DNA of 64,000 bases from a virus (lineage: Duplodnaviria > Caudoviricetes), in IMG/VR virus record IMGVR_UViG_3300038393_000457, positions 1 to 64,000 of that record, one strand, 5' to 3'. Under the pieces are notes generated by a model. That model was not told the origin of the DNA, searched no databases, and worked only from the letters and a program-made list of their open reading frames with translations. Below, in pieces: positions 29,179-37,534 of the stretch; within the stretch, counting starts at the first letter, position 1, and the number at the start of each line of letters is the position of its first letter. Position numbers and translations under genes: made by a program.

Positions 29179-29383
29179 TCTTGAAACTACTCGTTGGCCA
29201 GAAGATCATCCAAATCTTCGTCCTGGCGGTCAACATGTCGGTAGTGGCCCTTTCGGAATCAAGGTAAAACACATTCCTTCTGGAATTGAAGCATGTGTGG
29301 ATATTGGGTCTTCACAACATCGCAATAGACAGATTGCCATAGAGATGATAGAAGCAGCATTAACAAGTGAGTGGTACAGATGA
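29156..29383 (+). CDS. minimal class I release-factor (GGQ) domain protein
   Basis: PGGQHV...IKVKHIPSGI...SQHRNRQIA aligns to RF1/RF2 domain 3. Confidence 0.75.
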   Translation: MGLIPSSDLETTRWPEDHPNLRPGGQHVGSGPFGIKVKHIPSGIEACVDIGSSQHRNRQIAIEMIEAALTSEWYR

Positions 29384-30391
29384 TTGTTTATTTCTTCACA
29401 GCCTTATGGGTATTAACTTGGGCCCATTTTTTCCATGCATCTGTCACGATACACAATTTACCAAAAGGTATTGGATATCTTGGTATGATTGTATTAATGA
29501 TTATTGGCGGTTTTATCGCTAATGGTCTCTTGTCTCTTTAATTTTAGTGGTTAATATGATTGATATTACAGAAAAGTACGGCAAGGATGTTTTCGATCTT
29601 ATTTGCAAGATTGATGATTTCATTAAGAAGGGTTTGGAACATCGTTCCTTTGGGCAAGGAGTGTATGCAAAGGATAGTGGTTTCAAGATGACAGGTATTA
29701 TGGATTATGGATCATTCTATGTCCAATTTCCTGAATCGGCTCCGGTTTCTCTTGCTGTTATCGATCTCAATTCCGGTGAATATTTCTTTGAGTCGTTTGA
29801 AATTCTTGGTAAGAAACTAAATATCTATGCTTTGGACGATTTCAATATTGAACGTGTGATCAAGCGTGCTGAGGCTGAATGGGCAATGGATTCACAGGAG
29901 AACGTTTAATTGCGTGCGTCTTATTTGGCGGCTTTCGTTTATTGGTTGTTTAAGAAGTTTTGGTTTCCGTTATTCCGAGATACCAGACTTCTGGCAATTT
30001 TCTTATCAGAAATAGAGGTATATAGAAGTATCCATGGAACCATCAATAATGAACCAGAAGAAGAATGAATGGGAACATTGGTGTCATTGTAATGAGATGT
30101 TTATAGTCCTGGAAGTAGGACTTTCATGTGAAACGTGCCATAGAACAGAACCAGAAAAGCCTCCTTTACAAACACAAGAGACTATGATAAGGTCAGAACT
30201 ATGAAAAGGATCATTACGGCTATTCTTTTAGCTATTGGTTTGTCGAGTTGTGCCTATTATGGCCCGGCTCCGATTTACTCTGTGCCGGTCGCCGTATATA
30301 CGCCACCGGTCGTTGTATATCACTATCCCAGTTATCCAAGGTATTATTACCACTATCGATATTGTCATCGTTGCTATTAAGGACGTAAATT

Positions 30392-30676
30392 ATGGATGAA
30401 GATAAGAAACAAGATATCTTAAATCTCCTCAAGACCGGAGAGGTCAAGGTAGTTTTTAAGAAGGTTGATGGTGGTGAACGTGTAATGCGATGCACTCATG
30501 CATTGCACCTAATTCCGGTACGAGAGGAATCTTTCCAAGATAAGGAAAGAACAGAAAGAAAGAAGAATCCGGATGTTTGTCCGGTATTCGATCTTGACAA
30601 GAATGCTTGGCGCTCTTTTCGTTGGGACTCACTTACTCGGGTTTCTGTAGAAATCCAAATGGATAAAGTAGCATGA
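30392..30676 (+). CDS. WYL_2/DUF2693-like SH3-fold protein
   Basis: VVFKKVDGGERVMRCT...VFDLDKNAWRSFR. Confidence 0.75.
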   Translation: MDEDKKQDILNLLKTGEVKVVFKKVDGGERVMRCTHALHLIPVREESFQDKERTERKKNPDVCPVFDLDKNAWRSFRWDSLTRVSVEIQMDKVA

Positions 30677-30855
30677 ATGCTTTCATTCTGGCAATTGCCA
30701 TTCTTACAGCTTCCCATGTGATTGTATATCCTGACAAGCCTGAATATCCAACTATTGAGGCTTGTCAGCAGGAGCAACTTACCTTGATTGACAAAAATCG
30801 TGACCTGTATTATGAAGGTCGCTTGATTTTGGTGTGTCAACCTAAGTAAAATTCT

Positions 30856-31075
30856 GGTGGATGGCACCGGCGCGCGGCGGGGACTAAGGTATGAATTGGT
30901 AACATCTTACATGGAATAAATTTGCTTCTATGGTGTAACGGCAGCACGGTGTCCTTATAAGACATAAGCGGTAGATGACCGCGCGGAACAGGTTCGAATC
31001 CTGTTAGAAGTACCAATCCTGGAGATCGGCTAGATTAGCTGGAACGGCACGGTTCGAAACCGTGATCCACTACCA
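30856..31075 (+). pseudogene. Sec/Ser-like long-variable-arm tRNA split at the anticodon by a 129-nt insert containing tRNA-Ile
   Basis: ggtggat (30856) pairs with atccact-ACCA (31075); ggggact...aatcct anticodon stem flanks the insert. Confidence 0.6.
30924..31015 (+). tRNA. trnI: tRNA-Ile(TAT) with long variable arm
   Basis: gtgtc-cttataa-gacat; gcggt-agatg-accgc variable hairpin; ACCA. Confidence 0.85.
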
Positions 31076-31354
31076 AAATTGAGGATACAATGAATATATA
31101 TTTGGTTTGGGGTAGATATTGCGTTCAATATGAAGGATGTGAGGAATGGTTTGTCTGCGCCTATTTCTCTGAGAAAGATGCTGAGAAGCATGTAGAATAT
31201 GCAAATAAATGGGTATCTGAACATATTGACTCTAGGGTAAAGGATTTCCCTAATCCTTATGATTCATATTGCACCGAATATTTTTGGCGTAGTGAGACCG
31301 AGTATCATTACAGCCCCATCCTCATAAAAAATTATTTTAAACCAATGTTGGAGC

Positions 31355-31861
31355 TTGACATTGAGTGTATCTAAAGTGCGAATTGGTGATGAATCCAAAG
31401 GAAAACCAGAATTTGAAGGACTATTTGGTCCGGGAATTTATGGGTTCTTTGGTGAATATAGATGGCTCTCCAATTTTTATGGATTTTCCATTGAATATAA
31501 TGGAAACAAATTTCGATCAACAGAACATGCTTATCAAGCTGCAAAATGCCTTGATCCGAACGATATCAATTTGTTTTCTGGATGCACAATGGCAGAAGCC
31601 AAGTTATATGGTCGCAAAGTTGCTAGGCGTCCTGACTGGGAACAGGCCAAAGATGGTGTTATGCTTGACGTACTCCGGATTAAGTATATGAATCCGGAAT
31701 TGAAACAGAAGTTAATCGACACCAATGGCCTTTATCTTGAAGAGACAAATTGGTGGGGAGATCAATATTGGGGTGTTTGTGAAGGCAAAGGTCTAAACAA
31801 ACTTGGTAAACTGATTATGCGAGTACGAGATGAAATCGATTCTGGACAATTACACGGATGA
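31355..31861 (+). CDS. NADAR (YbiA/RibX-like) family protein
   Basis: WLSNFY, STEHAYQAAK, EETNWWGDQYWG, NKLGKLIM. Confidence 0.9.
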   Translation: MTLSVSKVRIGDESKGKPEFEGLFGPGIYGFFGEYRWLSNFYGFSIEYNGNKFRSTEHAYQAAKCLDPNDINLFSGCTMAEAKLYGRKVARRPDWEQAKDGVMLDVLRIKYMNPELKQKLIDTNGLYLEETNWWGDQYWGVCEGKGLNKLGKLIMRVRDEIDSGQLHG

Positions 31862-32006
31862 AGTGTTCAATAACCTGGCTATCCAGGTTGGAGTAAAAGC
31901 TGCAGATACTCTCTGCACATTAGAAAATATGGTTCATTACTTCCTTGAAAATATCAGTCCTGAGGAGGCTGCCAAGGAATTAGTAATACAGGTAGTGGAG
32001 ATTTGA

Positions 32007-32294
32007 TTGGCTAAGACTAGACGACATGAGGAATATGAAGATAGTGGTTACAACCAACTATCTTTTGCGCCTTTTTGTGATGATTTCAGACATTTAGTTT
32101 GTCTACCATATTCAGTGGAAAACCTACATATTATAGCAAAAGAACTTGGTATTGGTAGGTCTTGGTTCCACGAAGGTAGACTTCCTCATTATGATATTCC
32201 AAAGAAGCGCGTTGATGAAATCACATCTCTGTGCAATGTCATTTCAACACGTGATATTGTGAGGATTATCAAAGGTCAAATTGGTAATACCTAA
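32007..32294 (+). CDS. DUF4031-like protein
   Basis: HLVC...LH..A..LGI.RSWF...HYDI. Confidence 0.7.
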   Translation: MAKTRRHEEYEDSGYNQLSFAPFCDDFRHLVCLPYSVENLHIIAKELGIGRSWFHEGRLPHYDIPKKRVDEITSLCNVISTRDIVRIIKGQIGNT

Positions 32295-32336
32295 AAAAGG
32301 ATTTGACAAAAATTAAGAGTGGTGTATAAGTAATAC

Positions 32337-32431
32337 GGATGCTGAACTGGACAAGCGCGCCGGCCACGACTTGAAATCGTGTGGAGCCTCAGAGATGGGG
32401 TTTGGAGGGCAGGACTACCCGGCATCCGCCA
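32337..32431 (+). tRNA. trnS: tRNA-Ser(TGA), non-canonical T-arm, 8-bp acceptor possible
   Basis: cacga-cttgaaa-tcgtg; ggatgctg/cggcatcc; GCCA. Confidence 0.7.
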
Positions 32432-32433
32432 TT

Positions 32434-32522
32434 GGAAAGTAAATTGCTCGGGCGGGCAACCACGCTTGGAAAGCGTGTGGTTCTTTAAAAGGAATACGGA
32501 TCAAGACCGTTGCTTTCCTCCA
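32434..32522 (+). tRNA. trnS: tRNA-Ser(GGA), 8/4-type fold
   Basis: ggaaagta/tgctttcc; cacgc-ttggaaa-gcgtg; acgg-atcaaga-ccgt; TCCA. Confidence 0.7.
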
Positions 32523-32548
32523 TTTTCTAAACCAAAAGGTAAATTGTT

Positions 32549-33145
32549 ATGAAGTCTTTGATGAACAAGATTCCTTGCACTTCTGCAACGAAGATGATGA
32601 TGTGGCATTTCATGGATGCCCCTGAGAAGTTTGCTACGGAAGACCATAAGAAGCTCTTCCATAGAATGGCTATGGCTGATGAATTTTGTCTGATGGACCT
32701 GCTGTCCTTGATGGATTATATAAATCGGCACCCTGTTACTGGAAATTATGACTATTCCAATCTTGGTGGGGCAGGACCTGATTTCATCATTGGTCAGTTG
32801 GAAGTCATGTTCCAGACAACTGCAATGACCGAGAGTATGCATTATTATGATGTTCTCGTTGGTTTTGCGGAGAATCGTGCTACGAGTTATCAGGAATTGG
32901 TTGATTACCTTGCAACTAATCCTATTCTCCCTTCTCCGACTGAGATCAGGGCTCAGTCGGATAAGGTTACCCGTGACACCAAGAAGATTATCTTGGATAA
33001 GATTGCCAAGCTCGACCCTTCTCTCGTGAACCAGTTCGGTTTGGATGATATTGCAGACAAGTACCTGGACGATGTTGGTGGTCAGGAAGGAAGTGATCTT
33101 TCTGATTGGGGCAGCGCAGAAGGAATGAAGAGAAAGCTTCACTAA
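32549..33145 (+). CDS. hypothetical protein
   Basis: 198-aa ORF with highly-expressed-type codons. Confidence 0.6.
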   Translation: MKSLMNKIPCTSATKMMMWHFMDAPEKFATEDHKKLFHRMAMADEFCLMDLLSLMDYINRHPVTGNYDYSNLGGAGPDFIIGQLEVMFQTTAMTESMHYYDVLVGFAENRATSYQELVDYLATNPILPSPTEIRAQSDKVTRDTKKIILDKIAKLDPSLVNQFGLDDIADKYLDDVGGQEGSDLSDWGSAEGMKRKLH

Positions 33146-33210
33146 CACAGTTACATTGCTTTCTCTCTGAGGTGATGATATAAAAGAGAAGAGTAATGTA
33201 AAGGTGTTAT

Positions 33211-33798
33211 GTGCAAATTCTTTCACTTGACAAGTCTGGGTATCCTAGAGGGTTTATTACGATCCAAAATGCAATCGAAATGATTGCGAAGGATAAAATC
33301 CTTTGGAGTCTTGGTAACCCAATTGCAACTTATCGTGGTGGTTATAACAATGATGGTGTGCGTTCCGTAATCGAAACGCCACCTATCATTGCTATCACCG
33401 GAACAGAGTTTGCAAAACAAAAGCGTTTTCCTAAAGTTATCCTGACGAACAATTCGCTTTTTAGTAGGGATCGTCATATTTGCGCTTATTGTGGTGGAAA
33501 ATTCATGCCACGAAAGCTATCACGTGATCATGTAATACCTGTTTCTCGTGGTGGTCCGAATACCTGGAAGAATGTGGTGACTGCATGTATCCCATGTAAC
33601 ACCAAGAAGGATAATCGGACCCCAGAAGAAGCTGGAATGAAACTTCTGTATGTTCCTTATGAGCCCTCTCATGCGGAACATCTAATATTGAAGAATCGCA
33701 ACATCACAGAAGATCAAATGGATTATCTATCAAACCATGTGTCGCCGGAGTTTCTCCGGCGCATGACGGATGTAGAATTATTTGGTGAGGATAAATAA
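33211..33798 (+). CDS. HNH endonuclease (McrA/HNH_5-like)
   Basis: RDRHICAYCG...DHVIPVSRGG.NTWKNVVTACIPCN.KK. Confidence 0.9.
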   Translation: MQILSLDKSGYPRGFITIQNAIEMIAKDKILWSLGNPIATYRGGYNNDGVRSVIETPPIIAITGTEFAKQKRFPKVILTNNSLFSRDRHICAYCGGKFMPRKLSRDHVIPVSRGGPNTWKNVVTACIPCNTKKDNRTPEEAGMKLLYVPYEPSHAEHLILKNRNITEDQMDYLSNHVSPEFLRRMTDVELFGEDK

Positions 33799-34919
33799 TG
33801 AAACTCGCTTTCTATAAAGTCGCACCTATGGCTGATGATGTGGACAATCTTGTTCCAATCAAATATGCTTACATGGATGGATATGTCTTTGGTGATCGTA
33901 TACTTGAAGATGTAATGTTCAAATATTGGATTGATGACAAAGGTAAATTGAAGTCTGATTTTGCTAAACCGAATGGTTATACCAAAGGTTTGAATAAAAA
34001 GAAATGGCTCAAGGAATCTATTGGTTATGTTACCGCCGTGGAAGGTGTTGTTGAATTTCAGTTAATTGAGGATGTGCTTTCTGAAGCGGTATTGTGGGAC
34101 CATGATAGATCATGGAATGATCAACCATATACATTCTTTGATGAAGAACCACGATTTGTGACTAAGTAAGGAATTATTCCCTATTAGACTAACTGGAAGG
34201 TCGCTAGACTCTGAATCTAGAAGTCCTGGTTCGAATCCAGGGTTGGGAGCCAATTCGAGGTTATCATGGAATATGGTTATCGTCTAATTAATCCATCATA
34301 TACAGAAGCCGCCGAATTGTGGCTCGCTAAATTGAATGTCGATTATGATTATGTAGATATTGGTTATTGGCGTCTCTATCGTATTCATTCGGATCAATTC
34401 AACAAGTTACCTGATGACAGAGGCCCATATATCCCGGTTGATGAAGATCAAGGTTTCGGTCTGATGGATGACCAGATAGCAGAATCTGAAGCGGAAGAGG
34501 CTGGTGGATGGATTAAGGTAGCACAATGAGAAATATATTGGAATATCCTATAACCAAAGAAGAAGTAGAGACTGTTTTTGTTGATGCTTTCAATGACCAT
34601 AATGGTGAAGTTGGTGGTCATCAACAAATGGTAATCCAGGACTTACTAGATAACTTTGATGAAATTTGGGAAAAGTATTATAAAGACAAGTTTGGATATG
34701 CCAATCAATAGTGATACATTCCTGGTAAATTCCATTATTGATTTATTGGAAGATCATGGTTTCAAAGGCTTGGACGGTCCAGCTATTGTATTCGAAATGC
34801 AATCCAGACATTGGACCGCTGAGGAAACCAGAAAAGCATATATTGAATTGTGTAATGAAGGTATTGTAACTTACGTGCCTTCTGGTCGCTACAAATTGAC
34901 TAAGTTTATACCAAGATAA
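33798..34919 (+). CDS. four small hypothetical ORFs (33798-34169, 34266-34529, 34526-34711, 34656-34919)
   Basis: ORF track with RBS/overlap coupling. Confidence 0.45.
34178..34252 (+). tRNA. trnQ: tRNA-Gln(CTG)
   Basis: ctaga-ctctgaa-tctag; GCCA. Confidence 0.9.
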
Positions 34920-35012
34920 GGATGGTTGTCAGAGTGGGTTATTGTCCGACTTTGCTAAAGTCGCGAGTGTCTGAAAAGGCCTCCATGGGTTCGAATCCCA
35001 TACCATCCTCCA
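34920..35012 (+). tRNA. trnS: tRNA-Ser(GCT)
   Basis: cgact-ttgctaa-agtcg; long variable arm; TCCA. Confidence 0.9.
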
Positions 35013-35120
35013 TTTTTTTAATTTATTTTTGTAATTTTGGTAAAAAAGAATACTAAGTAAACTCTCAAAGGCTTGACTACCTCAAATATTCTGATATTAT
35101 ATAGAAATGAAGCATTGATT

Positions 35121-35312
35121 TAGGCAGATTCATTCGCCTGTAAAGAGCATTATCGCTCACCGCTGTAAGGTTGGTTATTGAATGAATCTTCCTAAATTAA
35201 TGAATCCTCGATGCTAGTTTGTAACTGAGATTGTATCAAGAAGTGCAGGAATGATTGCAAAATTCCTGAAAAACAAACGACCCATCGGCTCCAGAGTCGT
35301 AATTCTGGAGAC
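35121..35312 (+). ncRNA. structured RNA(s) directly downstream of a sigma70-type promoter
   Basis: taggcagattcattc/gaatgaatcttccta stem and further hairpins; no ORF. Confidence 0.45.
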
Positions 35313-35320
35313 TTTACAAT

Positions 35321-35395
35321 GCACCGTTCGTCTATAGGAAGGACACTTGGCTTTCAACCAGGGCAGCAGGGGTTCGAATCCCCTACGGTGCACCA
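35321..35395 (+). tRNA. trnE: tRNA-Glu(TTC)
   Basis: cttgg-ctttcaa-ccagg; gcaccgt/acggtgc; ACCA. Confidence 0.95.
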
Positions 35396-35453
35396 ATTAC
35401 TACCCCTACCAAGGGATCGAATAAAAGATCATAACTTTGGTAGTTTCATTTAT

Positions 35454-35503
35454 GCTCGCTCGCCGTAAGGTGTGCAACTGATCGAAAGATCAAGCGAGCA
35501 CCA
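35454..35503 (+). ncRNA. 50-nt CCA-ended tRNA-minihelix mimic
   Basis: gctcgct/agcgagc + ACCA with two GNRA-capped hairpins. Confidence 0.6.
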
Positions 35504-35539
35504 ATTATAATGTCCCTATAGTGAAACTGAATAGTCAAT

Positions 35540-35617
35540 GGTGCTGTATCCCTCGACGCTACGAACGTCGTGAAAGGTAATTGGATCATGCAGGTTCGAC
35601 CCCTGTCAGCATCTCCA
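35540..35617 (+). tRNA. D-armless tRNA-Arg(ACG)-like RNA
   Basis: ggtgctg/cagcatc TCCA; cgacg-ctacgaa-cgtcg; only 7 nt between acceptor and anticodon stems. Confidence 0.7.
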
Positions 35618-36194
35618 TTATTCTATTAGGTTCTCCATATAGAAGCTTAATAGATTTTTTTACTTGATCTAATTTCTCCTGTTGTTTGATGACAACGATT
35701 GGATTCTTTGGATCAAGAAATATGTTAAGATTAGGAAGATAGAAATCTGGAAAGTATTTGTGTTCTTTCCCATTTTTATCGATCCAAGGAATTGATGTTT
35801 TTGGTTGTTCCCAAATAATATTGGCTTCATCAAGTAATTGGGCCATTTTTACTTCCCAACCAGAATCAAAGATAAAGTTTTTGTAAATTTGACGTTTTAT
35901 ACCGGAAGCATTCTTTCTTTTGACCGCGATGAAACATTGGTCAGAACAAGTTGTTCCAATTTTCTTTTGTGACGCAAAATATTTTTGGCATACAGAACAT
36001 TGTCGAAAATATACCTTGGAATTGGGTCCACAAACATGTCTCTTGCTGAAGAAGCCTCTTTTACCAATTGTTGTTGATTTTATCCTTGTATAATTACGAC
36101 CGCGTTTAAGGTTATTGTATGTTGCGGAACAAGATGAACCACAGAATTTTCTTTTTAATGGTATAAGTAAGTTGCAATTTAAACAATTATGCAT
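35586..36194 (-). CDS. PD-(D/E)XK-type homing endonuclease with N-terminal Zn-binding motifs
   Basis: CxxC repeats; DSGWE...KYFPDFYLP..NIFLDPKN. Confidence 0.8.
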   Translation of the reverse strand: MHNCLNCNLLIPLKRKFCGSSCSATYNNLKRGRNYTRIKSTTIGKRGFFSKRHVCGPNSKVYFRQCSVCQKYFASQKKIGTTCSDQCFIAVKRKNASGIKRQIYKNFIFDSGWEVKMAQLLDEANIIWEQPKTSIPWIDKNGKEHKYFPDFYLPNLNIFLDPKNPIVVIKQQEKLDQVKKSIKLLYGEPNRIMEMLTGVEPA

Positions 36195-36526
36195 TATAAA
36201 TCTCCTTCTAAATGCTAATTGTATTTAGTAAAATTTCGACTCAAGATGTGGGTTCGAGTCCTGCTAGGGACGCCATTTAAGAGGTTGTTATGACAGATTG
36301 GGGAACAGGTTGCACAGAGACGAGTGATGATTGTACTCTTCACAACCTTCATTGTGGTTATCCAAATTATCCTAAAGGTAAAAGGGATAAAGCAAAGATC
36401 AAAACTCCAACGGAGTTGATCGTGGAAAGAATGAGAAGTCTTGGTCTAGCTATCAATGACGCTCAGAGAATCGCCAATGAAGTTGTTCATGTACTTGGAC
36501 AAAATGGTTATTTGAAATAGAAATTT

Positions 36527-36606
36527 GGGGGACGGGACTGCTTGGGGTGGTCGTCGCACTTGCAATGCGAATATTCAGCAGGGTTCAAATCCCTGGTTCT
36601 CCACCA
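36527..36606 (+). tRNA. trnA: tRNA-Ala(TGC)
   Basis: G3-U70 pair; tcgca-cttgcaa-tgcga; ACCA. Confidence 0.9.
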
Positions 36607-36608
36607 AA

Positions 36609-36727
36609 ATTAACATACACCAGCGCCGCGTGGTTATACTAATCACCTAAGACGTGAAAGCATTCGAAAGAATGGGCCTGTTGGAGCAAAATACGGTGCG
36701 GATAAACTTGCTTTCATGTATGTTAAT
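36609..36727 (+). ncRNA. compact pseudoknotted RNA candidate
   Basis: 11-bp closing stem; crossing gcgccg/cggtgc and tgaaagca/tgctttca helices. Confidence 0.55.
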
Positions 36728-37018
36728 ATTCTAGAAATAGTCAGCTAACAACTTCCCCGTAGAAGGGGTGGCCAGTCACAAATCGACGGCCTGACAAATG
36801 GTTAGCACAATTCAGAGCTTAGACCGGGATCGATTCACTCAGAAGCTATCAGTGACCGGCTATGTGGTTGTTGTCTCGCAATGCTTCTGGCACGCAACCA
36901 GAAATTATGCAGGTACCATTCGCGTGAAGATTTGGCTAAGCTAATGTGATAATCTGAGGCCTGCACCACATTAGATGTTGACAGTAAGTAGAGTTTTTGT
37001 TAGTATGTGTTTGTTCGT

Positions 37019-37331
37019 TCTTAGAGAAATGCCGTGACAGAGTGATCACGTTTTACTTTTCGGACGGAATGTGCCCTGGTAAACAACTACGGGGCGGGAG
37101 TAGGAGTGAGAAGGATAAAGTCCTTGAAGACTGGAAAGTATGTTGTAGCGTCCAGTTGGAGAGAGCAACACGACAGAACATAGTCTAGAAAAGCGTGTTG
37201 TATCCGTTAATAACGGATGAGTCGTTGATAATGTACTAAGCGGCCACTTGGTAAGTTTGAGACTCTGACTGATTAATCCCCTCATGTTTGAAACTCGGAG
37301 GCCTTGACAGCCACCCGGCATTTCTCTAAGA
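37019..37331 (+). ncRNA. 313-nt multi-hairpin RNA candidate
   Basis: perfect 16-bp terminal helix; TTGACA-N17-TAGTAT promoter upstream. Confidence 0.7.
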
Positions 37332-37454
37332 TCGAATGATTGTAGACGCTAAGGTTTAATTTGACCTCAGAAGTGAAAACCAATAAAGATTGTTGGTGAT
37401 AGTATCTTCGATTACGAGACGATTTGAAAGGGTCGGTTCTACATTTGTTTTTAT

Positions 37455-37529
37455 ACGGGAGTAGCTCAGTGAAAGAGCGTCTGGCATCAGGTCAGAAGGT
37501 CGGTGGTTCAAGTCCATCCTTCCGTGCCA
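37455..37529 (+). tRNA. tRNA with apparent TCA anticodon (A33, G37); suppressor-like or degenerate
   Basis: tctgg-catcagg-tcaga; acgggag/cttccgt; GCCA. Confidence 0.6.
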
Positions 37530-37534
37530 ATTAT

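Larger units (their letters stand above)
35512..36275 (+). pseudogene. tRNA (probably Arg) split by a ~709-nt cassette
   Basis: gtcccta-ta-gtgaaactgaata at 35512 pairs with T-arm and tagggac-GCCA ending at 36275. Confidence 0.7.

Noticed and set aside
32501-33226. 241-aa minus-strand ORF and similar antisense ORFs in the track
   Set aside because: Shadows of better-supported plus-strand genes or tRNAs.
36609-36727. theta/HDV-like ribozyme at a tRNA 3' end
   Set aside because: It does not start at the tRNA end, lacks a P3/L3 of the right size, and has no catalytic C in J4/2.
37019-37331. RNase P RNA (gataaagtcc, ggtaaac and acagaac look-alikes)
   Set aside because: The motifs occur in the wrong order and the CR-V-like segment is not adjacent to the terminal helix.
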